Origin: an uncultured Jatrophihabitantaceae bacterium
Lineage (GTDB): Bacteria; Actinomycetota; Actinomycetes; Mycobacteriales; Jatrophihabitantaceae
Assembly: GCA_964657545.1 (NCBI GenBank)
Contig: CAZZVT010000004.1
Location: forward strand, 1-45,634
Direction of reading: 5' to 3'
Length of the DNA stretch: 45,634 nt
The notes under the pieces were generated by a model that made no database searches, was not told the DNA's origin, and saw nothing but the letters and a program-made list of their open reading frames with translations. Each line of letters begins with the position of its first letter. Within the stretch, counting starts at the first letter, position 1. This document shows, in pieces, positions 13,660 to 23,926 of this stretch. A program made the position numbers and the translations under genes.

Positions 13660-14631
13660 ATGCGGGTACTGGTCACCGGCGGCGCCGGCTACATCGGCAG
13701 TGTGGTCGCGGCCCGGCTGCTGGCCGAGGGCCATCAGGTCGTGGTCGTCGACGACCTGTCCACCGGGCACGCCGATGCCGTTCCCGCGGCCGCCGAGTTC
13801 CATCAGCTGTCGGTCGCCGCCCTCGACCCCGTGCTCGGTGACTGGGCGATCGATGCGGTGATCCACTTCGCCGCCAAGTCGCTCGTTGGGGAGTCGATGA
13901 GCGAGCCGGCGCTCTACTGGCGCAACAACGTCGTCGGCACGGTGGCCCTGCTCGACTCGATGCGCGCCCACGGGGTGCCGCGCATCGTGTTCTCCTCCTC
14001 CGCCGCGACGTACGGCCAGAGCGAGCAGCAGCCCATCCGCGAGGACGCACCGGCCCGCCCCGGCAACCCGTACGGTGCGTCGAAGCTGGCCGTCGACCTC
14101 GTTCTGGCCGACTACGCCCATGCCTACGGCCTGGCCGCGACGAGCCTGCGCTACTTCAACGTGGCCGGGGCGCTGCTCGCCGATGCCCCGAACGGCGTCT
14201 CCTACGGCGAACGGCACACTGTCGAGACGCACCTGATCCCCAACGCGCTGCGGGCCGCGGCCGGTCACGGTCCGGCGCTGTCGCTGTTCGGCACCGATTA
14301 CCCCACCCCCGACGGCACCTGCGTCCGCGACTACATCCACGTGGTCGATCTCGCCGAGGCGCACCTGCTGGCGCTACGGGCCGGAGTGTCGGGGCAGCAC
14401 CAGATCGTCAATCTGGGCAGCGGCGCGGGGTCGTCGGTGCGCGAGGTGCTGGCCGCAGTGGGCGCGGTCACCGGGCGTCAGGTTCCCGTGAACGAGGTTG
14501 CTCGGCGTGCCGGCGACCCCGCGGTGCTCGTCGCCTCCAACGCTCACGCAGCGTCGCTGCTGGGTTGGCGGCCGGCGCTCGATCTGCACTCGATGGTCGC
14601 CGATGCCTGGCGCTTCGAGCAGCACCGCTAA
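13660..14631 (+). CDS. galE: UDP-glucose 4-epimerase
   Basis: [63 protein letters not shown]. Confidence 0.96.
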   Translation: MRVLVTGGAGYIGSVVAARLLAEGHQVVVVDDLSTGHADAVPAAAEFHQLSVAALDPVLGDWAIDAVIHFAAKSLVGESMSEPALYWRNNVVGTVALLDSMRAHGVPRIVFSSSAATYGQSEQQPIREDAPARPGNPYGASKLAVDLVLADYAHAYGLAATSLRYFNVAGALLADAPNGVSYGERHTVETHLIPNALRAAAGHGPALSLFGTDYPTPDGTCVRDYIHVVDLAEAHLLALRAGVSGQHQIVNLGSGAGSSVREVLAAVGAVTGRQVPVNEVARRAGDPAVLVASNAHAASLLGWRPALDLHSMVADAWRFEQHR

Positions 14632-14648
14632 CGACGCGATCGCGTCGT
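14631..14648. terminator. Perfect 18-bp palindrome at the galE stop, possible terminator hairpin
   Basis: ACGACGCGATCGCGTCGT. No U-tract follows. Confidence 0.4.
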
Positions 14649-15034
14649 GCGTATAGCGCCGTGCGCCGGCTCCCGGCGTAGTCGCCACGATCGTCTGCCC
14701 CGCTGAGCCGGGATCGAGAGGTCCTCGGCTGGTCGGGCGGTGGCGGAGCGCTCGAGGCGGAAAAGCAATTCGCCAAGGTCGTTTTGCCAATCGAAGTGCA
14801 TTATCGAATGGCGTGAGCCGGATGCAATAAGGTCATTACCCGCGGTAATGGCATGATCACAGCGGTCCACTACGCAGCGTGATAGCAAGATCCCGACGAT
14901 ACCGACATCGCGGGCATTCGGGTCGGCAAAGCGGACATAAACAGCAACGCCCGCGGGTCTTGTAATTCGCGGTGCCGGCGCGCGTTTTCCTGCCGGGCCC
15001 TACCCAACGTGTGTATCTCACGCTATACAGAACT

Positions 15035-15071
15035 CGAATCGTCGGTCGCTCGGGGGACGGCCGACGATTCG
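15035..15071 (+). promoter_or_regulatory. 14-bp stem hairpin with CTCGGGGGA loop upstream of the EPS locus
   Basis: CGAATCGTCGGTCG / CGGCCGACGATTCG. One pair is G-U only on the plus strand. Confidence 0.55.
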
Positions 15072-15300
15072 CTATTTCCTCGCTCCGTCCGCCCCGGATC
15101 CTGCCCTGCGACGAGCCCTGCCGCGCGACGACCACGCGCAGCGGCGCAGTTGCTTCAGCAGCACCCGATCTCGGGTAGCGGGCCTTGACCTAACACGGTA
15201 TACATGTCGAGTCATCTGCTCCGCCGAGCACTCACGGCGAGCGGAAGCACACGGGGGACGCATTTGGCGCGCGCTGCGCGTCGGTGCACAACGGGGGATC

Positions 15301-15819
15301 ATGTTCTGCGACGAGCAGTCAGGCTCGACGGTGCTGCCAGCCGCCGGTGTCGGCCGGCCGGCATCGCCGGTGCACGGGTCGCCGTCGCTGGTCGTCAGGG
15401 CCGCGCTCGATCGCGGCGTTGCGCTGCTGGCCCTGGTGCTGCTCGTGCCGTTGCTGCTGGCCATTGCCTTGGTCATCCGGTGCACCAGCCACGGCCCGGC
15501 ACTGGTGCGGCAGGCCCGCGTCGGTCTCGACGGCCGCACCTTCGCAATGCTGAAGTTCCGCAGCATGTACTACGGCACCGAGCGTCGCCTCGTCGAACTT
15601 CTCGCCGCCGACAAGTCGGCGGGCGGCCTGCTGTTCACGATGCGCGACGACCCGCGCGTCACGCCGATCGGGCGCGTGCTGCGCCGGTTCTCACTCGATG
15701 AGTTGCCGCAGCTGCTGAACGTGCTCACCGGCTCTATGTCGCTCCTCGGCCCCCGGCCGCAGCTGCGCAGTGACCTGTCGTGGGCGGACTCACTCGAACC
15801 TGACCAGCTGTGTTGTTGA
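15301..15819 (+). pseudogene. Priming phosphoglycosyltransferase (Bac_transf; PglC/WcaJ/CpsE C-domain type), C-terminally truncated
   Basis: Re-entrant helix RAALDRGVALLALVLLVPLLLAIA, then QARVG, KFRSM, DPRVTPIGRVLRRFSLDELPQLLNVLTGSMSLLGPRP and a stop about 20 aa later. I found no KPGxTGxxQ or D..Y segment in any frame downstream. Confidence 0.7.
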
Positions 15820-15954
15820 GAACTGTTCCGGCGGTTCCTCGCGCGGTGGGCGCGTACTGACCTCAACTAGACGAATAATAGGTAACGAGCGTGCGGCGCG
15901 GGGGCGTGCAGCACGCGACATGTAAATAGTTCGAGAATCGGGGGGGATTCGAGA

Positions 15955-17184
15955 ATGCGCATAGCACTGGTAGGTACACGAGGGGTTCCGGCACGGTACG
16001 GCGGCTTTGAGACCTGCGTCGAAGAGGTCGGACGTCGTCTCGTCAAGGCCGGGCACGAGGTTGTCGTCTACTGCCGCAAAGGTAATAGCGGCGACGGCAC
16101 TGCGGACGAGCTCTCGGAGTACGAGGGCATGGAGCTCGTGCACCTGCCTGCGGTCAGCAGGAAGTCGCTCGAGACGCTGAGCCACACGGCGCTGTCGGTC
16201 AAGCACCTGCGCAAGCACCCGGTGGATGTCGCGATCGTGTTCAACTCCGCGAACGCCCCTTTCGTCCCGTTCCTGCGCTCGCAGGGCATCCCGGTCGCGA
16301 CGCATGTCGACGGCCTGGAGTGGATGCGCAGCAAGTGGCAGGGCGTCGGCCGCCGCTACTACCGGATCGCCGAGTCGCTGGCCGTGCGCTGGTCCGACGC
16401 GTTGATCGCCGACGCGCAGGGGATCTCGGACTACTACCGCATGGAGTTCGACGCCGACACCGAGCTCATCGCCTACGGAGCGCCCATCGTCAGCGAGGAG
16501 AACACCGACCGGCTGGATCGCGTCGGCGTACTTCCCGGCCGGTTCCACCTGGCCGTTGCCCGCTTCGAACCCGAGAACCATGTCGACGTCATCGTCGACG
16601 GTTACCGCCGGAGTTCGGCGAACCTGCCGCTGGTGGTCGTCGGCTCTGCGCCCTACGCCGACGAGCACACCGCCCGCATCCACTCGCTGGCCGACGATCG
16701 GGTGATCTTCACCGGCGGAATCTGGGACCAGGAACTCCTTGATCAGCTGTACGCGAACTGCGCCACGTACCTGCACGGCCACTCGGTGGGCGGCACCAAC
16801 CCGTCGCTGCTGCGCGCCATCGGTGCCGGCGCGGCAACCATCGCCTACGACGTGAACTTCAACCGCGAGGTCGCCAGGCACACCGGGGTCTACTTCCGCA
16901 CGGCGGCCGACGTCGCCGCCCAACTCGAGTTCGCCGAGGAGTTCCCGCAGGCCACCGCGGCCCGCGGTGCCGAGGCCCGCGATCTCGCCTACCTCTACGA
17001 CTGGGACGACGTCGCCGGCAGTTACGAGGCCCTGTGCGAGTCGCTCGTGACGACCGGCGTTCGCCCGCGGCGTGGGGGCCGGCGTCGCCCGTCGGGTCGG
17101 CGCACGGGAATGACCTCCGCCCTGCCCACGTCGGTCTCCCCGGGTGCGGCGAGCTGCATTCATCCGGTGCGCACCAGCGTCTGA
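15955..17184 (+). CDS. GT4/DUF1972 glycosyltransferase (WchF/RgpA-like rhamnosyltransferase)
   Basis: MRIALVGTRGVPARYGGFETCVEE, HVDGLEWMRSKW, VARFEPENH, YLHGHSVGGTNPSLLRA. Confidence 0.9.
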   Translation: MRIALVGTRGVPARYGGFETCVEEVGRRLVKAGHEVVVYCRKGNSGDGTADELSEYEGMELVHLPAVSRKSLETLSHTALSVKHLRKHPVDVAIVFNSANAPFVPFLRSQGIPVATHVDGLEWMRSKWQGVGRRYYRIAESLAVRWSDALIADAQGISDYYRMEFDADTELIAYGAPIVSEENTDRLDRVGVLPGRFHLAVARFEPENHVDVIVDGYRRSSANLPLVVVGSAPYADEHTARIHSLADDRVIFTGGIWDQELLDQLYANCATYLHGHSVGGTNPSLLRAIGAGAATIAYDVNFNREVARHTGVYFRTAADVAAQLEFAEEFPQATAARGAEARDLAYLYDWDDVAGSYEALCESLVTTGVRPRRGGRRRPSGRRTGMTSALPTSVSPGAASCIHPVRTSV

Positions 17185-17223
17185 ACCGACGTCGTGCTTC
17201 CCTACGTTCGGACCTGAGGTCCC

Positions 17224-18351
17224 GTGCCATCCATTCTGGTCGTCCATCCCTCGGCAGAGCTCTACGGCTCGGACCGCCAGATGGCTGAGTCCGTGGCCGG
17301 TTTCGTCGAAGCCGGTTGGTCCTGCACCGTCTGCCTTCCGGAACACGGGGCGCTCGAACATCTGCTGCCCGGCGCCCGGGTCGAGATCGCCCCGTTCACG
17401 GTGCTGCGTAAGGCGTTGATCTCGCCGCGCGGGCTGGCCGGCCTCCTGGCGCGACTGCCTGGTGATCTCACCCGTGCGGTGCGGCTGATCCGGTCGCTGC
17501 GCCCGGACGTCGTGTATGTCAGCACGGTCACGATCCCCTGCTGGGTGCTCGCGGCACGTCTGGCCGGGGTCCGAACGGTCGTACACGTGCATGAGGCCGA
17601 GTCCGAGGCGCCCGTGGTTCATCGAGTTGCCCTGAATGGGCCGCTCCTGCTCGCAGGCACGGTGATCGCGAACAGCGCGGCCTCGCGCGACGTCGTAGTG
17701 GCCACGGTGGGGCGCCTCGCCGGTCGGACCGTGGTCGTCCCGAACGGCATCGCCGACCCTGGAGTGGCCGCGCATTCGGCGCCGGCGAACGGGCGGCTGG
17801 TGCTGGTGGCGAGGCTCTCGCCGCGCAAAGGGATCGACGTTGCCCTGGAGGCGGTGGCCCGGGTCCGCGCAAATGGTGTCCCGGTCACGCTTGAGGTCTG
17901 TGGCACGGCCTTCGCCGGATACGAGTGGTTCGAGCGCCAGGTGCGCTCTCGGGCGCAGCAACCGGATCTTGCCGGTGCCGTGACCTTCCGGGGGTACGTG
18001 AGCCCTACGGCCCCGTCGCTCGCAGCGGCAGACATCGTGCTTGTCCCGTCGCGCGTCGAGCCGTTCGGCAACACCGCGGTGGAGGGGTTGCTCGCGGCGC
18101 GCCCGGTCATCGCCTCCGACGTCCAAGGCTTGGCCGAGATCATCACCGACGGTGTGACCGGCCTGCTCGTCCCGCCCGGCGACGTGTCGGCGCTCGCCGA
18201 AGCAATTCTGCGACTCCGTCGGGATCCGGAGCTGGCAGACCGGGTGGCGCGAGCCGGACGCTCGGATGCGCAAGACCGGTTCTCGGTCTCGCGGTACCGG
18301 CGGGAGATCGTGGCGACGATCAGCGGGCCTGTCGAGGCGGCCGTCGCTTGA
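17224..18351 (+). CDS. GT4 glycosyltransferase
   Basis: HPSAELYGSDR, HVHEAE, VARLSPRKG, VPSRVEPFGNTAVEG. Confidence 0.9.
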   Translation: MPSILVVHPSAELYGSDRQMAESVAGFVEAGWSCTVCLPEHGALEHLLPGARVEIAPFTVLRKALISPRGLAGLLARLPGDLTRAVRLIRSLRPDVVYVSTVTIPCWVLAARLAGVRTVVHVHEAESEAPVVHRVALNGPLLLAGTVIANSAASRDVVVATVGRLAGRTVVVPNGIADPGVAAHSAPANGRLVLVARLSPRKGIDVALEAVARVRANGVPVTLEVCGTAFAGYEWFERQVRSRAQQPDLAGAVTFRGYVSPTAPSLAAADIVLVPSRVEPFGNTAVEGLLAARPVIASDVQGLAEIITDGVTGLLVPPGDVSALAEAILRLRRDPELADRVARAGRSDAQDRFSVSRYRREIVATISGPVEAAVA

Positions 18352-18442
18352 AACATTCCAACTCGCGTAAATACCGTGTGAGTGTTAGCGTTTGGCGGAC
18401 CGATCCGGGGGGACGGTCCGTGGGATCAACGGGGGATTGTCG

Positions 18443-19141
18443 ATGCGGCTGCACGCCGTGGTGCCCAGGCGGCACGACGTTCGTTGGGCGCGCTGCCTGC
18501 GGGCGGTGCCCATATACGCGATCGCGACGTTCACGATCCTCTGTGGCCTTTTAACCGCCTGCTCGGGCGGCTCCTCCGGTCATGCGGTGGCCTCGTCGCG
18601 GGGTGCGACCTCCGCACCGGCACCGGTCACGTCGGCTGCCTCGGTCGTTGCGTCCGCGACGGCCACGCCGAGCGCAGCGCCCACCACGCCTGTCGCGCCG
18701 CCGACAAGCGGCGGGATCCACAGCACGGTGGCGAGTCGAGCAGTAACGACCCAGGCCGCGGTCGCGCTCACCGCGACCGCGCACTTCTCCTCATCGGTCT
18801 CGGTGGCGTTGGGGTCGATCACGCCGGTTAATGGGAAAGCGCACCTGCCCGGTGAGGTGTCCGGCCCCGCCCTGTCGCTTCGCATCCGGGTGGCAAACCG
18901 ATCGGGCGCTGCGCTCGACCTGTCGAACGCAGCGGTAGCGGTCGTGGGTGCCGGTAACAAGCCGGAGGGGCAGCTCGCCTACAACGGCAGCTCCCGGTTC
19001 CCAGCATCGCTCGCCGCCGGCAAGACTGCGACCGGGGTCTACGTCTTTACGGTTCCGGTCGCGGACCGCTCTCATCTGCAGGTGTCCATCAGCTACACCG
19101 CTGGCGTGCCAGTCGTGTTCTTTGTCGGAAGTGTTCGGTGA
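18443..19141 (+). CDS. Putative lipoprotein with Ser/Thr/Pro linker and C-terminal Ig-like (DUF4352-like) domain
   Basis: Basic N-terminus, hydrophobic stretch and lipobox LLTA-C; S/T/A/P-rich linker; beta-rich end (IRVANRSGAALDL...SLAAGKTATGVYVFTVP). Possible extended -10 TGT-TAGCGT at 18383-18391. Confidence 0.7.
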   Translation: MRLHAVVPRRHDVRWARCLRAVPIYAIATFTILCGLLTACSGGSSGHAVASSRGATSAPAPVTSAASVVASATATPSAAPTTPVAPPTSGGIHSTVASRAVTTQAAVALTATAHFSSSVSVALGSITPVNGKAHLPGEVSGPALSLRIRVANRSGAALDLSNAAVAVVGAGNKPEGQLAYNGSSRFPASLAAGKTATGVYVFTVPVADRSHLQVSISYTAGVPVVFFVGSVR

Positions 19142-19155
19142 ATCGGGGGATTCAG

Positions 19156-22100
19156 ATGTCGGGGAACGAAGTTGCACGCGCCAAGCGCACACGCTGGTTG
19201 GGTTTGACCACGTCGGCATTGACGATCGTCGGTCTGGCTGTCGTTGGCGTCGGCACAGCCCTTCCGGCTTCTGCGGATACCCCTTCGACGGTGAGTCCGG
19301 TGGTCCAGCGTTCGGCGTCGAATGTCACTGCCGACGCACTGCCGACGGTGCAACTCGACAACGGTGTCGTGTGGTCGGAGACAACCGTCGGAAACACCGT
19401 CTATGCCGGTGGTCAGTTCTCCAACGTCCGGCCTGCGGGAGCGGCGGCTGGGACGAATCTGACGGCCCGTGGCAACCTCCTAGCCTTCGACATCACGACC
19501 GGCAACCTGGTGACCTCCTTCGCGCCCAACCTGAACGGCATGGTCAAGGTCGTGGCCGCTTCGCCCGACGGCAAGACGCTGTACGTCGGCGGTTCCTTCA
19601 CCACCGCTAACGGCGCGACCCGCAACAAGGTGGTCGCATACAACACCGTGACCGGCGCCGTGGTCGGCACCTTCGCGCCCTCGGTCAACCTCACCGTCAA
19701 TTCCATCGTCGCGACCGCCACCACCGTGTATCTGGGCGGTGACTTCACCCAGGTCAACGGTCAGAACCGTTCGCACCTGGCCGCGGTCAATGCCTCCGAC
19801 GGTTCTCTGACCGCCTGGGCCCCGACTGCCGACGCCACGGTCCAGACAATGGTGCTGTCGCCGGACGGAACCCGCCTCATCGTGGGCGGCGCATTCCAGA
19901 ATCTGAACGGCGCGCCTGCTTACGGGCTCGGTTCACTCGACCCGACGAGCGCGGTGCTCTATCCCTTTGCGGCCAACCAGGTCGTACGCGACGCGGGGGC
20001 CAACGCCCAGATCCTGAGCCTGACCACCGACGGCACCTACGTGTACAGCTCGGCCTACGTCTACGGCAGCAGCGGCAACTTCGAGGGAGTGCTGTCCGCG
20101 GATCCGGACACCGGCGCCATCCACTGGCTCGCCGACTGCCATGGCGACACCTACGCGACCTTCGGGGTCAACAACATCGTCTACGTCGTGAGCCACCAGC
20201 ACTTCTGCAGCAACATCGGCGGCTTCCCGGACACCAACCCGCGCAATATCTGGCACCGCACGACGGCGTTCACCCAGGCGGCGACCGGTACGGTCCAGCC
20301 GAACTCCGAGGGTGGGTACAGCGACTTCTCCGGCAATCCGAGCCCGTCGCTGATCGATTGGATGCCGGACCTCGCGGCCGGTACGTACACCCAGACCGAC
20401 CAGGCTGCCTGGGCAATGACCGGCAACAGCAAGTACCTCGTCGAAGGCGGCGAGTTCCCGTCGGTCAATGGCACGGCCCAGTACGGGCTGGTGCGGTTCG
20501 CCACCCCGGCCGTGACGACCGATCAGCAGGGCCCGATGCTCTACGGCTCGGCGATCACGCCCATCGTCATCGCCCGATCCTCGACCTCGGCCCGCATCAC
20601 GTGGCCGTCGAACTGGGACCGAGACGACCTGAACCTGACGTACACGATCCGCCGCTCGGACAAGGGCTCGACCCCGATCTACTCGGTCGTCGCGCCGTCG
20701 GAATCGTGGAACCTGCCGACCCAGGGCTTCACGGACACTGGTTTGACACCCGGAGCGACGTACAGCTACACCGTGAGGGCAACAGACCCGAGCAGCGGCA
20801 AGTATCAGGGCAGCGCCAGCGTCTCGGTGACTCTGCCGCTGACCGCGGCGACGGACAGCCAGTACACCAAGGACGTCCTCGGGGCGGGGGCGACCGACTA
20901 CTGGAAGCTCGACCAGGCCGCCGGGGCCACGTCGAACATCGACTACGCCGGCTACCACGACCTGACGCTCGGCTCCGGTGTGACCGGCGGCGGCGCCGGC
21001 GCGATCTCCGGCGACAGTGACACCGCGTCGTCCTTCGACGGCTCCGCGAGCGGTTTCGGAGCCTCCAACGGGTCGGTCCCCGGACCGAACACGTTCACCG
21101 AGGAGGCATGGTTCAAGACCACGTCAACTGCGGGCGGAAAGATCGTCGGTTTCGGTGACCAGAACACCGGCACCAGCTCGAACTACGACCGCCACGTCTA
21201 CATGGACACCGGCGGCCACATCAACTTCGGCGTTTACAACAACACCAGCTACGTGATCACCTCTCCCGGTGTCTACAACGACGGTGCGTACCACCAGGTG
21301 GTGGCCTCGTTGTCGGGTTCAGGGATGGCTTTGTACGTCGACGGCCGTCTCGTCGGGACGAACACGGGCACCACGGTCGGGCAGCCGTACAACGGCTACT
21401 GGCGCGTCGGTGGCGACTCCAGCTGGTCCGGTGCGAACTTCTTCACCGGCACCATTGACGAGGTCGCCATCTATCCGACGGCGTTGACTGCCGCCCAGAT
21501 ACGCCAGCAGTACGCCGATAGCGGCCGCGCCATCGCCGGCACGAGGGTGCCCTCGGACTCCTACGGCGCCGCGGTGTGGAATCTTTCGCCGAGCGCGTAC
21601 TACCGACTCGACGAGACGACCGGCAACACCGCGACCGACCTGTCCGGAAACAGCGCCAACGCGACGTACTCAGGAAACGTCACTCGCGCCGCCGCCAGCA
21701 CAGTCTCGGGGGGAGACACCGCGGCCGGGTTCGACGGGTCGTCGGCCACGGTCGGATCCAACGACCTCGTCGCCAGCCCACAGACGTATTCCGAGCAGGC
21801 CTGGTTCAAGACCACGTCGACCGCGGGCGGCAAGATCATCGGTTTCGGGAACAGCCAGAGCGGCAACAGCGGGAGCTACGACCGGCACGTGTACATGCTC
21901 GCCGACGGACAGCTCGTGTTCGGCACCTATACCGGTCAGCTGAATCTCGCAACCTCGCCGCACAGCTACAACGACGGAACCTGGCATTCGGTGACGGCAA
22001 CGCAGGGCGTTGACGGTATGACGCTCTACGTCGACGGCCAGGCCGTGGCCACCAACGCGCAGACGTCGGCCCAGTCCTACAACGGGTACTGGCGCATCGG

Positions 22101-23889
22101 TGGCGACAACCTCAACGGTTGGAACGCCGACAACGCTTACTTCTCCGGCTCCATCGACGAGGCCGCCTTCTGGAACACGACAGAGCTGACCGCGGCCCAG
22201 ATCCTGTCCGAATACAGCGCGTCGCCAGCGGCGGTCCGCGTCGGCCCGACCGCGGCGTTCGTCGCGACACCGACCAACCTGTCAGTGGCATTTGACGCCT
22301 CCGGATCCAGCGGACAGGCCGGTACCTCGATCATGGGCTACAGGTGGGACTTCGGTGACGGTACGAGCGGAACCGGTGTCTCGCCGTCGCACTCCTACGC
22401 GTCTGCAAGCTCGTACACCGTCACTCTGACCGTCACGGACAGCAATGCACAGACCGGAACGATCAGTCATTCGGTCACTACGACGGCACCGAACGTGGCG
22501 CCGAGCGCCGCGTTCACCGCGGTACCGACGAATCTGTCCGTTGCGTTCGACGGGTCCGCGTCCTCGGCCCAGACCGGGGCGACTATCACCAGTTACAGCT
22601 GGGACTTCGGTGACGGGTCTTTCGACACCGGTGCGAAGCCGGTGCACGTCTACGGTGCCGCCGGGACGTTCCAGGTGAGGCTGACCGTCACTGACAGCAA
22701 CGGCCTCACGTCTTCTGTGACCCACTCGGTGACAACGATCGCAGCGAACAAGGCGCCGGTGGCTGCATTCACGTCGTCGGTGACAAACCTGTCGGTCGCA
22801 TTCGATGCCTCCACCTCCAGCGACCCGGACGGCTCTGTGTCCAGCTATGCCTGGGACTTCGGTGACGGCACGTCGGGGACCGGCGTCAATCCGACCCACG
22901 TCTTCACCAAGGCCGGGTCGTACACGGTGGTGCTGACGGTCACCGACAACGCAGGTGCGACCACCTCGATCTCGCACGTCGTGACACCGAACGTGGCGGC
23001 CAACCAGCCGCCGGTCGCGGCCTTCGCCTCGGCAGTGTCGAACCTGTCGGTGACCTTCGACGGATCTGGCTCCTCGGATCCGGACGGCACAGTGGCCTCC
23101 TACGCCTGGACATTCGGCGACGGGACCACCGGTTCGGGCGCAACCCCCACCCACCAATACGCCGCGGCCGCGACCTACAACGTCACGCTCATGGTGACGG
23201 ACAATCAGGGTGCGACCAACTCGATCATCAAGGCGATCACGACGACCGCGGCAGCGGCCTCGATCGCTGCCGACGCCTTCGGCCGCACGGCGGCCGGTCA
23301 GTGGGGTACCGCCGATACCGGCGGAGCCTGGACGACCACGGGGTCGGCGTCCTTGTTCGCGGTGGACGGCAGCTCCGGCACCATGAATCTGTCCGTGCCC
23401 GGTACCGCGCTCGTCGCATCCCTGAATTCTGTCTCGACGGCGAACCTCAACGCGGTTGCCGACATCTCCGTCAACGCCACAGCGGTCGGTAACGGGGTGG
23501 CTTTGACGATGATCGGTCGGCAGGTCGGCAAGTCGAACTACGAGCTGAAGATTCGGCTGCTGCCGGGCGGGGTCGTACACCTGACCCTGTCCAAGGTGAT
23601 CAGCGGAACGGAGACGATCTTCAAGGAGGTCAACATCTCGGGCCTGACCTACAACGTCGGCGATGTGCTGCGCTTTCGGTTCCAGATCGTGGGAACCGGC
23701 ACTGCGACCCTGTCCGGGAAGGTGTGGAAGCTCGGCACGACGGAGCCCACGGCAGCCCAGATCACGCAGACCGACTCGACGGCAGCTCTGCAGAGCGCGG
23801 GCAGCTTCGCTCTGCAAGCCTTCCTCTCGGGTTCGTCGACCAACCCGATGATCGTCAAGTGGGACAATCTGCAGGTCACGAGCAGCTGA
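19156..23889 (+). CDS. Large secreted protein: beta-propeller, FN3, 2x LamG/ConA-like, 4x PKD, C-terminal beta-sandwich
   Basis: Signal peptide ending ALPASA; repeated YxGGxF blades; FN3 FTDTGLTPGATYSYTVRATD; two EAWFKTTSTAGGKIxGFG...IDEVA domains; four Y.WDFGDG PKD repeats. No sortase or TM anchor at the C-terminus. Confidence 0.9.
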   Translation: MSGNEVARAKRTRWLGLTTSALTIVGLAVVGVGTALPASADTPSTVSPVVQRSASNVTADALPTVQLDNGVVWSETTVGNTVYAGGQFSNVRPAGAAAGTNLTARGNLLAFDITTGNLVTSFAPNLNGMVKVVAASPDGKTLYVGGSFTTANGATRNKVVAYNTVTGAVVGTFAPSVNLTVNSIVATATTVYLGGDFTQVNGQNRSHLAAVNASDGSLTAWAPTADATVQTMVLSPDGTRLIVGGAFQNLNGAPAYGLGSLDPTSAVLYPFAANQVVRDAGANAQILSLTTDGTYVYSSAYVYGSSGNFEGVLSADPDTGAIHWLADCHGDTYATFGVNNIVYVVSHQHFCSNIGGFPDTNPRNIWHRTTAFTQAATGTVQPNSEGGYSDFSGNPSPSLIDWMPDLAAGTYTQTDQAAWAMTGNSKYLVEGGEFPSVNGTAQYGLVRFATPAVTTDQQGPMLYGSAITPIVIARSSTSARITWPSNWDRDDLNLTYTIRRSDKGSTPIYSVVAPSESWNLPTQGFTDTGLTPGATYSYTVRATDPSSGKYQGSASVSVTLPLTAATDSQYTKDVLGAGATDYWKLDQAAGATSNIDYAGYHDLTLGSGVTGGGAGAISGDSDTASSFDGSASGFGASNGSVPGPNTFTEEAWFKTTSTAGGKIVGFGDQNTGTSSNYDRHVYMDTGGHINFGVYNNTSYVITSPGVYNDGAYHQVVASLSGSGMALYVDGRLVGTNTGTTVGQPYNGYWRVGGDSSWSGANFFTGTIDEVAIYPTALTAAQIRQQYADSGRAIAGTRVPSDSYGAAVWNLSPSAYYRLDETTGNTATDLSGNSANATYSGNVTRAAASTVSGGDTAAGFDGSSATVGSNDLVASPQTYSEQAWFKTTSTAGGKIIGFGNSQSGNSGSYDRHVYMLADGQLVFGTYTGQLNLATSPHSYNDGTWHSVTATQGVDGMTLYVDGQAVATNAQTSAQSYNGYWRIGGDNLNGWNADNAYFSGSIDEAAFWNTTELTAAQILSEYSASPAAVRVGPTAAFVATPTNLSVAFDASGSSGQAGTSIMGYRWDFGDGTSGTGVSPSHSYASASSYTVTLTVTDSNAQTGTISHSVTTTAPNVAPSAAFTAVPTNLSVAFDGSASSAQTGATITSYSWDFGDGSFDTGAKPVHVYGAAGTFQVRLTVTDSNGLTSSVTHSVTTIAANKAPVAAFTSSVTNLSVAFDASTSSDPDGSVSSYAWDFGDGTSGTGVNPTHVFTKAGSYTVVLTVTDNAGATTSISHVVTPNVAANQPPVAAFASAVSNLSVTFDGSGSSDPDGTVASYAWTFGDGTTGSGATPTHQYAAAATYNVTLMVTDNQGATNSIIKAITTTAAAASIAADAFGRTAAGQWGTADTGGAWTTTGSASLFAVDGSSGTMNLSVPGTALVASLNSVSTANLNAVADISVNATAVGNGVALTMIGRQVGKSNYELKIRLLPGGVVHLTLSKVISGTETIFKEVNISGLTYNVGDVLRFRFQIVGTGTATLSGKVWKLGTTEPTAAQITQTDSTAALQSAGSFALQAFLSGSSTNPMIVKWDNLQVTSS
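20863..22215 (+). repeat. Tandem LamG-like domain duplication (~695-nt period)
   Basis: TGGTTCAAGACCACGTC(A/G)AC(T/C)GCGGGCGG(A/C)AAGATC starts at 21109 and 21802. Confidence 0.8.
22246..23245 (+). repeat. Four tandem PKD repeats (~255-nt period)
   Basis: Each unit reads PxAAF...NLSVxFDxSxS...YxWDFGDG...VxLTVTD. TGGGACTTCGGTGACGG recurs three times. Confidence 0.85.
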
Positions 23890-23926
23890 CAAATTCATCC
23901 ATCGTCGCCGTCAGGTCGGGAGGGAC

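Noticed and set aside
15035-19154. G-loop hairpins as CsrA/RsmA sites or G-quadruplexes
   Set aside because: Most loops lack the ANGGA consensus, and the G runs occur singly or in pairs rather than as four close tracts. Not fully excluded.
22246-23245. Regularly spaced DNA repeats as a CRISPR array
   Set aside because: The ~255-nt period and in-frame translation show PKD domain repeats; no cas genes are present.
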